Shown in pieces: positions 50,191 through 63,187 of a stretch of 64,000 bases of DNA; position 1 is the stretch's first letter; every line of letters starts with the position of its first letter. The stretch comes from Nitrosomonadales bacterium (GTDB taxonomy: Bacteria > Pseudomonadota > Gammaproteobacteria > Burkholderiales > Gallionellaceae). Both the position numbers and the translations under genes were made by a program. Location: positions 30,756-94,755 of the forward strand of contig JACRED010000031.1 in NCBI GenBank assembly GCA_016218415.1, given 5' to 3'. The notes below the pieces were generated by a model. That model saw only the letters and a list, made by a program, of their open reading frames with translations, searched no databases and was not told the DNA's origin.

Positions 50191-51852
50191 ATGCTGAAAT
50201 TTCTGGCCATCCGCGATTTCGTTATCGTTTCATCCCTTGAACTGGATTTCTCCGCAGGTTTCACCGCGCTGACCGGCGAGACCGGCGCGGGCAAGTCCAT
50301 CCTGATCGACGCATTGTCGCTGGCGCTCGGCGAGCGCGGCGATGCGGCCATGGTGCGCAACGGCTGCGAGCGCGCCGAGATCGCAGCCGAGTTCGACGTG
50401 AGTTCGATGCCGCACGTGCAATCATGGTTGCGTGAACAGGAGCTGGAGGGCGATGCGGGTGTGTGCCTGCTGCGCCGCGTGCTGGATTCCGGAGGACGCT
50501 CGCGCGGCTTCATCAACGGGCGCAACGCGACGCTGCAACAGATGCGCGAAGCGGGCGACCGGCTGCTGGACATACACGGACAGCATGCGCATCAATCGCT
50601 GTTGCGCCCCGACGCACAACGCCAGCTGCTGGACGGCTATGCCGGCATCACCGATAGCGCTGAAAAAGTCGCGGGTTTATATCGCGAGTGGCAGGTTTTG
50701 CGCCGCCGCCGCATCAGTCTCAGCGAGAATGCCGAAGCGGTGGCCGCCGAGCGCGAGCTGTTGCAGTTCCAGCGCAACGAGATCGATGGCCTGGGTTTCA
50801 ACCCGGCGGAATGGCAGAGCTTGCAGGAGGATTATGCGCGCCTTTCCCACGCGGCAAGCCTGCTGGAAACCGCCGGATTCGGCCTGGAGATACTGGGCGA
50901 GGCGGGCACGTCCTGTCTGGCGCAACTCAACGCGCTGATGGCGCGCATCCGCGACGGCATGACGCACGATGCCGGTCTGGGCGAGACATTGCGGATGCTG
51001 GAAAGCGCGCAGGCCGAGTTGCAGGAGGCCGTGTACGCGCTGCGCCATTACCAGCAGCGTCTGGATACCGACCCGCAACGGCTGCGCGAACAGGAGCAGC
51101 GCATCCAGAGCGTGATGGATGCCGCGCGCAAATACCGCGTCGCGCCGGAACAGCTGGACGGGGCATTGCAGCGTATCGTTGCGCGTCTCGCCGAGCTGGG
51201 CGGCGATGCCGATCTGGCCGAACTGGAACGCCGGGAAAAAGCCGCGCAGCAAAGCTATCTGGCTGCCGCGCAGAAATTGAGCGCGGCGCGCAAAAAAACG
51301 GCGGACAAATTGTCGCGCGAGATCACCGCAGCGATGCAGACACTGGCGATGCCGGGCGGAAGTTTTACCGTGGCATTGTTGCCGCTGGACGAAGGCAACG
51401 CCTATGGACTGGAAACTGTCGAGTTCCAGGTCGCCGCCAATCCCGGCGTGCCGCCGCGCAGCCTGGCAAAAGTGGCGTCGGGCGGCGAGTTGTCGCGCAT
51501 CAGTCTGGCGATTCAGGTCGCCACCTCCCAGGTCGCCAGCGTGCCGACACTGATCTTCGACGAGGTGGACAGCGGCATCGGCGGACGTGTCGCCGAGATC
51601 GTCGGGCAGTTGCTGAAAAAACTGGGCAAGCGCTATCAGGTGCTGTGCGTCACGCATCTGCCGCAAGTCGCGGCATCAGCCGACCAGCAATGGCAAGTGA
51701 GCAAGGCGGTCGAAAACGGCATCACGCTGAGCCGCATCTCCGTGCTGGACGGCGCGCAGCGCGTCGAGGAGATCGCGCGCATGCTGGGCGGGGTGAAGAT
51801 CACCGAAACGACGCGCAAGCACGCGGCGGAGATGTTGGGTGTGCCGGCTTGA
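50191..51852 (+). CDS. recN: DNA repair protein RecN
   Basis: TGETGAGKS, IHGQH, ASGGELSRI, IFDEVDSGIGG. Confidence 0.97.
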   Translation: MLKFLAIRDFVIVSSLELDFSAGFTALTGETGAGKSILIDALSLALGERGDAAMVRNGCERAEIAAEFDVSSMPHVQSWLREQELEGDAGVCLLRRVLDSGGRSRGFINGRNATLQQMREAGDRLLDIHGQHAHQSLLRPDAQRQLLDGYAGITDSAEKVAGLYREWQVLRRRRISLSENAEAVAAERELLQFQRNEIDGLGFNPAEWQSLQEDYARLSHAASLLETAGFGLEILGEAGTSCLAQLNALMARIRDGMTHDAGLGETLRMLESAQAELQEAVYALRHYQQRLDTDPQRLREQEQRIQSVMDAARKYRVAPEQLDGALQRIVARLAELGGDADLAELERREKAAQQSYLAAAQKLSAARKKTADKLSREITAAMQTLAMPGGSFTVALLPLDEGNAYGLETVEFQVAANPGVPPRSLAKVASGGELSRISLAIQVATSQVASVPTLIFDEVDSGIGGRVAEIVGQLLKKLGKRYQVLCVTHLPQVAASADQQWQVSKAVENGITLSRISVLDGAQRVEEIARMLGGVKITETTRKHAAEMLGVPA

Positions 51853-51923
51853 GGTATGATGCGGCAGCCTGTAACGTGTCGCAGGGCACGGCGGTACTGA
51901 ATTTGAAAATCGATTGGAATGTG

Positions 51924-52277
51924 ATGCGCAATAGATTTGTTCTGCTTTGTATGCTGGCGGTTTTGGGCGGTTGTTCGCTATCGCCATACAAGATGGATAT
52001 CCGCCAGGGGAACTACGTGACCCCCGAGATGCGCGAGAAGCTCAAGGTCGGAATGACCCGGCAGCAGGTGCGTTATGTGCTGGGCACGCCGATGATCAAC
52101 GACGCATTCCACGGCAACCGTTGGGATTATGTGTATCGGCTGGAGAGAGCCGGGAAATTGCTGGTGCAGCAGAGCATGACGCTGTATTTCGAGGGCGAGA
52201 ACCTGGCGCGCGTGGTCGAGAACGGCCAGCCTGCGGAAGCTGCTCCGGCAACGGCAGACGGGCAAGTCAAAGGATAG
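51924..52277 (+). CDS. bamE: Outer membrane protein assembly factor BamE
   Basis: Lipobox LGGC, YKMDIRQGN, GMTRQQVRYVLGTP, RWDY. Confidence 0.92.
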   Translation: MRNRFVLLCMLAVLGGCSLSPYKMDIRQGNYVTPEMREKLKVGMTRQQVRYVLGTPMINDAFHGNRWDYVYRLERAGKLLVQQSMTLYFEGENLARVVENGQPAEAAPATADGQVKG

Positions 52278-53063
<786 letters not shown>

Positions 53064-53129
53064 GGGCGCGATTTTAATCATGTGGGGGTGATTGCCATGT
53101 CGTTGATTTCATCCGGGCCATCCCGGTGC

Positions 53130-56012
53130 ATGAAAAGACTGCTCCCGCTGCTGTTCCTTTTGTACATGTCCGCCGGTTTTGCAAAAACCGATCCGTCATT
53201 CTCCTGGACGACGCTGACCTCGCCGCATTTCCATATCCACTACCACCAAGGTGAAGAGGCGCTGGCGAACCGGGTCGCGGTACTCGCAGAAGACATCCAT
53301 ACACGGCTGGTTACGCGGATGAAATCCGCGCCGGGCGACCGCACCCACATCGTGCTGGTAGATTCGATGGATGACGTCAACGGCTGGGCTACGACGCTGC
53401 CGTACAACCTGATCACGCTTTACGTCACCCAGCCGTACGGCGAATCGATATTCGGCGGCAGCAACTATGACGACTGGATGCGGCTGCTGATCACCCACGA
53501 ATACACGCACATCGTCCAGATGGACATGGCGAGCGGGTTGCCGGGCGTGCTGAGAAATATTTTCGGCAATCTGTATTTCCCTAACATGTGGCAGCCGGTC
53601 TGGCTGAAGGAAGGGCTGGCCGTGCACGAGGAAACGGAATTGACCGGCGGGGGGCGCAACCGCTCGCCCGCATCCGAGATGATGCTGCGCATGGCGGTGC
53701 TGGAGAACAACTTCCCGCCCATCAGCCACGCGGCGAACTTTACCGAAAAATGGCCGGACGGGGAGGTGCCCTATCTGTTCGGGGGCAGCTTTACCGGCTT
53801 CATCGCAAACAAATACGGGCGCGACAAGCTGGCCGATATCTCCGTGGAATACAGCGGCAGGGCTTGGCCTTTTCTCGTCAGCAGCACCGCGTACCGCACG
53901 ATAGGAGCCGATTATCCGGCGCTGTGGGAAGAGTGGAAAGGCGGATTGTCAGTACGCTACGAGGCGCAAAGGCAGCAGGTGGAAGCGCAGGGATTGACCG
54001 CATCGCGCGCCCTGACGCGGCGCGGATACATGAGTGTTGCGCCGGCGGTTTCTCCGGACGGGAAGAAGATCGCCTACGTGTCAGTCAATTCCGATGAGCA
54101 TCAGTCCATCCATCTGATGAACATCGATGGCAGCGATGACCGCAAGCTGCTCGATAATGCCACTTCATCGGCGCACAGCATCAGCTGGAGGCCGGATGGC
54201 AGGGGCTTTTATTTCACCAGACTGGCGGTGGTGCGCAATGTCGATCTTTACAACGACATCTACTACTACGATCTGGAAAGCCGCAGGGAAACGCGGCTCA
54301 CAAAAAACCTGCGCGCCCGCGATGCATCCCCTTCACCGGACAACACCACGCTGGTGTTCGTGACCAACCGGCTCGGCAAGGCGCGGCTGGCAACCATATC
54401 GCTGGCAAATGAAGCGGCGGCAAGCGAGCGGGACATCGACTGGCTGACCGAAGAAAGCGACAACCAGTACGAGACGCCGCGCTTCAGCCCGGACGGGCAG
54501 AAGATCGCCGTCGGTGTCAGGCAGCCGGATGGCTACAAGGACATCTGGATATTCGATAGCGGGGGCAACAAGCTCGAGGAGCTGATGCACGACCGCGCCA
54601 TTGACGGCGGCGCGGTATGGAGTGCGGACGGTAACGCAGTGTATTTCGCTTCGGATCGCAGCGGCATCTTCAATATATACGCCTGCGATCTTGCCGGCAG
54701 GCAGATACTGCAAATCAGCAATGTGCTGGGCGGCGCGATCATGCCCTCGGTCACGCCGGACGGCAGCGCGTTCGTGTTTGCGAATTACAGTTCGCGGGGT
54801 TTTGACATCCATGCGATGGGCAGCAAGCCCGACACATGGAAGGCGATGGCTTATTACCGCGACCCCTATCCCGTGATGAGTTACAACGAGCAACCGGTCG
54901 TCACCCGCCAGGAGCCCTATAGTCCCTTGCCCACGCTGTACCCGCGCCTGTGGCTGCCCAATGTCGGGTACAGCTCCTACAGCGGGACGCTGGGCGGCTT
55001 CCTCACTTTCGGTGCCGATGCGGTCGAACGCCATCGCTATGTCGCGACTGCGTTGTACGGCCCGGATCATCGGCGCGTCTGGCACGACCTCAGTTATATG
55101 TATGACGGCCTGTATCCCGGCCTGATATTCAGGACGCAGGATATCGACATGACCTATGTGGGCCTGCTGGCGCAGCAGGCGGGTCCCAGTTTGTCCGGCG
55201 ATTACGTCGAGCGCAGCCGCATGTTCGATGTCTCACTGGTACTGCCGATACTCGGCCTGGATAGCCAGCACAGTCTGACGATAGGCTACCGGAGCAAGAC
55301 ACTGTCCGGACTCTCCGCCATGCCGCCCTGGACGGGCTACGATGGCGCGATACCCGCGCGGGGGAAACTGGTTTCCGGTCGGGCGGGCTACTATTACAAC
55401 AACGCCGAGAAATACGGCTATTCGATCAGCCCGGAAGGCGGTCGCAGCATCGAGTTCGGTTACGAGCAGGTCGATAAAAAGATCGGCAGCGATTTCAACC
55501 TGAAGAAATACAGCATCGACTGGCACGAATACATCGACTTCCCGTTCGACCACCATGTCCTGCTGGTGCGTGCCTATTCCGGACGATCAACCGGCGACGT
55601 GATCCCGCAGCGCGCCTTCCAGTTGGGCGGGGACAACCCCGGCGACTTCACCCTCAGGGTCGAGGATAACTACGTCCATTTGCGCGGCTATCCGGTCAAC
55701 AAATATCGCGGCCAGAAAGTCGGGTTGCTCAGCACCGAATACCGCTTTCCGGTCAAGAATCTCGAACGCGGTTTCGGCAACACCCCGTTCTTCTTCAAAC
55801 GCCTGCATGGCGCGGTGTTCGCCGAAGCGGGCAACGCCTGGGACACTACCTACGCCAGCAGGGACGTGAAGAGGGCGGTGGGACTGGAGGCGAGACTGGA
55901 CATGTCGCTGGCCTATGCATTGCCGATCACCGTGCGCGCCGGCCTGGTCAAGGCGCTCGACGACAAAAAGGAAGCCAGCGCGATCGCCAGCATCTGGCTG
56001 TCGTTCTTATGA
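53130..56012 (+). CDS. Outer membrane protein: HEXXH metallopeptidase-like domain + TolB/PD40-like propeller + Omp85-type barrel
   Basis: Signal peptide; THEYTH..WLKEGLA; SPDG repeats; FQLGG...LRGY...EYRFP...FAEAGNAW. Confidence 0.82.
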   Translation: MKRLLPLLFLLYMSAGFAKTDPSFSWTTLTSPHFHIHYHQGEEALANRVAVLAEDIHTRLVTRMKSAPGDRTHIVLVDSMDDVNGWATTLPYNLITLYVTQPYGESIFGGSNYDDWMRLLITHEYTHIVQMDMASGLPGVLRNIFGNLYFPNMWQPVWLKEGLAVHEETELTGGGRNRSPASEMMLRMAVLENNFPPISHAANFTEKWPDGEVPYLFGGSFTGFIANKYGRDKLADISVEYSGRAWPFLVSSTAYRTIGADYPALWEEWKGGLSVRYEAQRQQVEAQGLTASRALTRRGYMSVAPAVSPDGKKIAYVSVNSDEHQSIHLMNIDGSDDRKLLDNATSSAHSISWRPDGRGFYFTRLAVVRNVDLYNDIYYYDLESRRETRLTKNLRARDASPSPDNTTLVFVTNRLGKARLATISLANEAAASERDIDWLTEESDNQYETPRFSPDGQKIAVGVRQPDGYKDIWIFDSGGNKLEELMHDRAIDGGAVWSADGNAVYFASDRSGIFNIYACDLAGRQILQISNVLGGAIMPSVTPDGSAFVFANYSSRGFDIHAMGSKPDTWKAMAYYRDPYPVMSYNEQPVVTRQEPYSPLPTLYPRLWLPNVGYSSYSGTLGGFLTFGADAVERHRYVATALYGPDHRRVWHDLSYMYDGLYPGLIFRTQDIDMTYVGLLAQQAGPSLSGDYVERSRMFDVSLVLPILGLDSQHSLTIGYRSKTLSGLSAMPPWTGYDGAIPARGKLVSGRAGYYYNNAEKYGYSISPEGGRSIEFGYEQVDKKIGSDFNLKKYSIDWHEYIDFPFDHHVLLVRAYSGRSTGDVIPQRAFQLGGDNPGDFTLRVEDNYVHLRGYPVNKYRGQKVGLLSTEYRFPVKNLERGFGNTPFFFKRLHGAVFAEAGNAWDTTYASRDVKRAVGLEARLDMSLAYALPITVRAGLVKALDDKKEASAIASIWLSFL

Positions 56013-56015
56013 TCC

Positions 56016-56828
56016 CTAAACGCCGCCCAGCGATTTGACCGGACTGGGCAGCGTGTCGAGATGGCTGACCGCCTCGCCTCCGTGGAACAGCCATAGCGAA
56101 CCGGGCGGCATGCTGATCCAATTCTCGTTGTCGGTCAGCGGCTGCGTCGCGATGATCGCGACGCGGTCGTTCGGCGTGGTCACCGCGCTGAAATCCACCA
56201 TCACATCCTCGTCCTTCAGGTGCGCCAGATTGAACGGCGCGCGCCGCTCGACATAGCTCAGCTCGGTCGAGCAATGCGCGAACAGGCACTCGCCGTTGGA
56301 CAGCAGGAAATTGAAGATGCCCATGCCGGAGAGCGGATAGATGAGTTCGTGCAGCGCCGCGAACAGCGCATCGCGCGCGGGCGGCACATCGCCGTAGCGC
56401 TGCCGCAGGCTTTGCAGCAGCCAGCAGAAGATGCGCTCGCTGTCGGTGTTGCCGACCGGCACGAAGCTGCCGTCCAGGTCAGGCAGGAACTGCGGCAGGT
56501 TGCCGTTGTGCGCGAACACCCAGTAGCGTCCCCACAGTTCGCGCTGGAAGGGATGGGTGTTCTCCAGCGAGACGATGCCCTGCGTCGCCTTGCGGATATG
56601 CGCGATCACGTTCAGCGAGCGGATAGGATAGTTGCGCACCAGTGCGGCGATGGGTGATTGCGCCGAGGGCTGCGGGTCCAGGAACAGGCGCACGCCGCGC
56701 CCCTCGAAGAACGCGATGCCCCAGCCGTCGGCATGCACATCGGTCTCGCCGCCGCGCTTCTGGAATCCGGTGAAGGAAAAGCAGATGTCGGTGGGGACGT
56801 TGCAGTTCATTCCGAGCAGCTGGCACAT
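56016..56828 (-). CDS. Class II glutamine amidotransferase (YafJ-like)
   Basis: MCQLLGMNCN, DGWGIAF, AHIRKAT, NTHPF, FAHNG, TDSE. Confidence 0.9.
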   Translation of the reverse strand: MCQLLGMNCNVPTDICFSFTGFQKRGGETDVHADGWGIAFFEGRGVRLFLDPQPSAQSPIAALVRNYPIRSLNVIAHIRKATQGIVSLENTHPFQRELWGRYWVFAHNGNLPQFLPDLDGSFVPVGNTDSERIFCWLLQSLRQRYGDVPPARDALFAALHELIYPLSGMGIFNFLLSNGECLFAHCSTELSYVERRAPFNLAHLKDEDVMVDFSAVTTPNDRVAIIATQPLTDNENWISMPPGSLWLFHGGEAVSHLDTLPSPVKSLGGV

Positions 56829-56844
56829 GGCGTTCTCCTGGTTT

Positions 56845-56967
56845 GTCTTTCCCGCGAAAGCGGGAATCCAGTTGATTCACAGTTCCCGCATAGCGGGACA
56901 ATTTTGAAGTCTTGTCCGCCACGCGGAGCATTCGTTTCGCTGGATTCCCGCTTTTGCGGGAATGACG
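56845..56967. repeat. Inverted doublet of GTC(A/T)TTCCCGC..GCGGGAATCCAG REP-like palindromes with two internal hairpins
   Basis: 56845-56871 and inverted 56940-56967; internal TCCCGC-ATA-GCGGGA and TCCGC-CAC-GCGGA. Confidence 0.8.
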
Positions 56968-56988
56968 CTATGGGTTGTTCATTTGTTG

Positions 56989-57828
56989 TCAGACAAACCG
57001 CATCGACAGGTCGATCGCCTTCACATCCTTGGTCAGCGCGCCGATGGAGATGCGGTCCACGCCGGTCTCGGCGACGAGGCGCACATTCTCCAGGTTGATG
57101 CCGCCCGAGGCTTCCAGTTCGGCGCGTCCTTTCGCGTGGGTCACGGCGATGCGCATGTCGGACAGCGAGAAATTGTCGAGCAGGATCAGCCGCGCCCCGG
57201 CATTCAGCGCCTCATCCAGTTGTTCCAGTGTCTCTACCTCGATCTGGATTGCGATGCCGGGTGGGGTGATCTGAAAAGCGTGTTCCAGCACGGCGCCGAT
57301 CCCGTTGGCCACCGCGATGTGGTTCTCCTTGATCAGTACGCCGTCGAACAGGCCGATGCGCTGGTTGTGCCCGCCGCCCGTCTTGACCGCGTGTTTTTGC
57401 GCCATGCGCAGGCCGGGCAGCGTTTTGCGCGTGTCCATGATCCTGGTGTTCAGGCCGGCCAGCGCGTCCACATATCGCCGCGTCAATGTCGCGGTGGCCG
57501 AGAGCGTCTGCAGAAAATTCAGCGCCGGGCGTTCGGCCGAGAGCATCGCGCGGGCATCGCCGCGAATCTCGCACAGGGTCTGGTGGGGTTCGGCCCGGGT
57601 GCCCTCCTGTACTTTCCAGTCTATCTTGCAGTTCTGATCCAGCGTCAGGAAGCACTCATCGAACCACAGCGCGCCGCACAGCACCATCGCTTCGCGCGTG
57701 ATGACGGTGGCGGTCGCATGGGTGCCTTCCGCGACCAGCTGCGCGCTGAGGTCGCCGCTGCCGATGTCCTCATCGAGCGCGGCGCGGACATTGGTGCGGA
57801 TATGGCGGGAAAGATAGGTGTATGACAT
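56989..57828 (-). CDS. nadC: Quinolinate phosphoribosyltransferase
   Basis: ALDEDIGSGD, DTRKTLPGLR, LIKENH, LLDNF, EASGG. Confidence 0.96.
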   Translation of the reverse strand: MSYTYLSRHIRTNVRAALDEDIGSGDLSAQLVAEGTHATATVITREAMVLCGALWFDECFLTLDQNCKIDWKVQEGTRAEPHQTLCEIRGDARAMLSAERPALNFLQTLSATATLTRRYVDALAGLNTRIMDTRKTLPGLRMAQKHAVKTGGGHNQRIGLFDGVLIKENHIAVANGIGAVLEHAFQITPPGIAIQIEVETLEQLDEALNAGARLILLDNFSLSDMRIAVTHAKGRAELEASGGINLENVRLVAETGVDRISIGALTKDVKAIDLSMRFV

Positions 57829-57913
57829 GGCGTGTCCTGTTTAGAGAGACAGTAGTATAAGGGATGCAGCGTGGGGGTGAAATCGCCGCAACTTGAATCG
57901 CCCCCGATTGCCT

Positions 57914-57942
57914 CTTGAAAAGCCGTCTGGATACCCCATTTA
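57914..57942 (+). promoter_or_regulatory. sigma32 (RpoH) promoter of clpB
   Basis: CTTGAAA-13 nt-CCCCATTTA, a consensus match. Confidence 0.85.
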
Positions 57943-57976
57943 CATCGCAGACCACCATTACTGAGCGGGAGCGATC

Positions 57977-60559
<2,583 letters not shown>

Positions 60560-60569
60560 GCCCACGAAG

Positions 60570-60606
60570 ATCAAACGAGCCAGTGTGATCCGGCTCGTTT
60601 GATTTT
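60570..60606 (+). terminator. Terminator after clpB
   Basis: ATCAAACGAGCC...GGCTCGTTTGAT followed by TTT. Confidence 0.7.
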
Positions 60607-60626
60607 AAAGTGGAAGATCGTTTGAT

Positions 60627-62351
60627 CTAATGAACTACCAAGTTCCCTGCAAATCCGCGAACCATGAACACACCATTGCCAATGTACTGAAGATCAATGG
60701 CATCGTATTGCATTCCACTTATCGATCCTGCAATCCCGACAGTGGTAGTCCCTATCGATGTGGGAATGGAAGTGTATATTTGGCCGGCTACCAAGCTCCC
60801 CCCTATCCCTGTAATCGCTCCTATCAATTTGCTACCATCGGCAGAACAAGCAAGCGCAAGGACGGAACCAACATTGTGAGGCGTTGTATTGTTTTGATTC
60901 ATTACCCATGTGTTGCCGAAGTCGCTTGAATATGCATAGTCATCCACAAACAATCTGGATCCGTCAGCAGAAGAAGCCACTTTGCTAAAGCCGGCAGCGT
61001 TAACTTGATGACTTATCCAAGTCACTCCGGAATCATTCGAGGTATACACCAAAGAACTGTTGGAAATTACTGCAACCAGGTTACTGCCACTGGCAGAAGA
61101 AGCGACATCACTCCAGAATGCAGTTGGGCTCGATGCCTGCAAGGTCCAGGTTACTCCAGAGTTTACTGAGGTGTAAATCTGGCCCCCCGATACAACTGCC
61201 ACCAGCCTGGAACCATCTGCCGAAGAAGCGACAGATTGCCAATTGGCCACCGCTGAGCCAGCTTGTAGTGTCCAAGTTACTCCAGAATTTGCTGAGGTGT
61301 AAATTTGCCCACCCCGTACAACTGCCACCAGCCTGGAACCATCTGCCGAAGAAGCGACAGATTGCCAATTGGCCACCGCTGATCCCGCTTGCAGTGTCCA
61401 AGTTGCACCGGAATCTAATGAGGTGTAAATCTGGCCTCCCCATACAACTGCCACCAACTTGGCACCATCTGCCGAAGAAGCGACAGATTGCCAGTTTGCA
61501 ATCATGCCAGCAGTTGGCAAATTCCAATTGCCCCCGGAATCAACTGATGTATATATCTGTCCACCGGCAACCCCGCCAACAACTGCTACCAGCTTGGTCC
61601 CATCTGCTGAGGAAGCCACAGCCCTCCAGTTCCGTTGGGCATCCCTGGGCACCCAGATTCCTCCAATGCTTGGAGGAAGATCCTTGGTAATGATGTACTG
61701 CCCGACATTCTGAGCGATCTTCCAACCTCCGGTACCTATTCCGGAAACTTGAACTGCATCGCCTATAACAAGTGCAGCAGGGAGTGTGATCGTGACTTGA
61801 ACAGCGCTATTTGCAAGATATCCGGTGTTCGATGCGGCTTGCACTGAAGAAGTGGCATTCACCCATGTAACACCAGGCCCCGCTGGACCAGTGAGACCGG
61901 TGTTTCCTGCAGCTCCGCTGCAAACATATGCAGTGGATGACACTTCCAGAGTATCCAGAATATCGTTCCGGTTGGCATCCTGACCAGCACTCACCTTGCT
62001 TCCGCCTGTTGCACAATTGATTCCGGCCGGTTCGCTTGTGACTGACACTAGCGTGGATAGCCCGTTGCTCCCATTGCTTCCATTACAGATGTACTGAGTG
62101 CTGGTTACCTCTGAAGGGTCAAGAACACTGTTGCTATTGATATCTATACCCGCATCGACCGAGACACCCCCCGCCGGACAATTCGCCAGTGGTGCCGTCC
62201 CCCTCACTGCAGTAGCAACATGATTCGTTCCGGCAGGCGTATTGGAAGTTGAGTTCCCACCGCCGCCACATCCCGCCAGCAATAGTCCAGGCAAGACAAG
62301 AAAAAAGAAATTGAAGCGTTTCGATGAATCAAGAAAATTGAGTGATCGCAT
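60627..62351 (-). CDS. Lipoprotein with Cys/DxNxN repeats, a short collagen-like linker and a 42-aa repeat (BNR-like) beta-propeller
   Basis: Lipobox LLAGC; two C..GG..V.AG.D.N.N..LD..EV....Y.C units; GNTGLTGPAGP; WQSVASSADG..LVAVV.GGQIYTS.DSG.TW repeats; AT-richer than the host genes. Confidence 0.8.
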   Translation of the reverse strand: MRSLNFLDSSKRFNFFFLVLPGLLLAGCGGGGNSTSNTPAGTNHVATAVRGTAPLANCPAGGVSVDAGIDINSNSVLDPSEVTSTQYICNGSNGSNGLSTLVSVTSEPAGINCATGGSKVSAGQDANRNDILDTLEVSSTAYVCSGAAGNTGLTGPAGPGVTWVNATSSVQAASNTGYLANSAVQVTITLPAALVIGDAVQVSGIGTGGWKIAQNVGQYIITKDLPPSIGGIWVPRDAQRNWRAVASSADGTKLVAVVGGVAGGQIYTSVDSGGNWNLPTAGMIANWQSVASSADGAKLVAVVWGGQIYTSLDSGATWTLQAGSAVANWQSVASSADGSRLVAVVRGGQIYTSANSGVTWTLQAGSAVANWQSVASSADGSRLVAVVSGGQIYTSVNSGVTWTLQASSPTAFWSDVASSASGSNLVAVISNSSLVYTSNDSGVTWISHQVNAAGFSKVASSADGSRLFVDDYAYSSDFGNTWVMNQNNTTPHNVGSVLALACSADGSKLIGAITGIGGSLVAGQIYTSIPTSIGTTTVGIAGSISGMQYDAIDLQYIGNGVFMVRGFAGNLVVH

Positions 62352-62539
62352 GTTGCCCCCCATGAATAATGATGAAACAAATTGGCAGTTCGATTGCCTC
62401 AAGCAGCATCAGCCCCGCTGATCTTGCGTTCGATTATGCGTACTTTCGCATGAGTCGAAATAATGAGGGAGCGTTGAAAGCGATTACTAATACCGTGCAT
62501 CCTCGATGTCTGCTGTGCGCAAAGTATATCGCAGTGTTG

Positions 62540-63040
62540 CTTGATTCTCACCCCCCATCACGCATCCGATGTCAGCGACCCCTTCAGCGTGGGCAATGTC
62601 TTTTTCAGCCAGGCCAGCGCGAGCTTTTCCTTCTCGCGCCACAGCTCTTCGCCCAGTCCCATCTTCATGATCTGTATCGGCACGCTGCCTTTGACAATGT
62701 TGTCCAGGAACTCGGCGCGGGTGCAAACGTGAGGCTGAATTCTGTCCGGGCAGGCTCTGGGTGAAGCTGCATATTTCGAGGTTATGGAAACCGGCATCTT
62801 CCGTCTCTTGTTTGAAGCGCTCGGGGTTCTCCAATGTGCCGATGGAGCGTTGCGGCTGCGGCAGGTCGGGTTTGATGGCGTGCAGTGCGCCGAACATGGT
62901 CTGAATCGCGGGCGATTGGTCCACGGGCGCCCAGCCGGTGATGGCAATGCTGCCGCCCGGTTTGAGCGTACGGTAGATTTCGACAAAGCCGCGCTGGCGG
63001 TTGGGGAGGAACATGAAGCCGAACAGGGCAAACAATATCC
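62540..63040 (-). pseudogene. Truncated, frameshifted class I SAM-dependent methyltransferase remnant
   Basis: FGFMFLPNRQRGFVEIYRTLKPGGSIAITGW in one frame, with a plausible C-terminus continuing in another. The N-terminal SAM-binding motif is missing. Confidence 0.6.
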
Positions 63041-63187
63041 AGGGTGCCCATTGTGACAAATCCTGCCCCAAGATTTCCTTGGAAGTTGCGGGGATAAGTT
63101 ATGTGAGCTCGCGGTTGGGTGTTCTATTGCCGGACTTTCACTGGTATGCATCAGCTTTTGTCAGTATTTCATTTAATATGGCGGACT

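Noticed and set aside
61140-61520. 126 bp near-identical repeats as a DGR template/variable repeat pair
   Set aside because: They are in-frame tandem propeller blades within one gene. There is no reverse transcriptase and no evident adenine-specific mismatch pattern.
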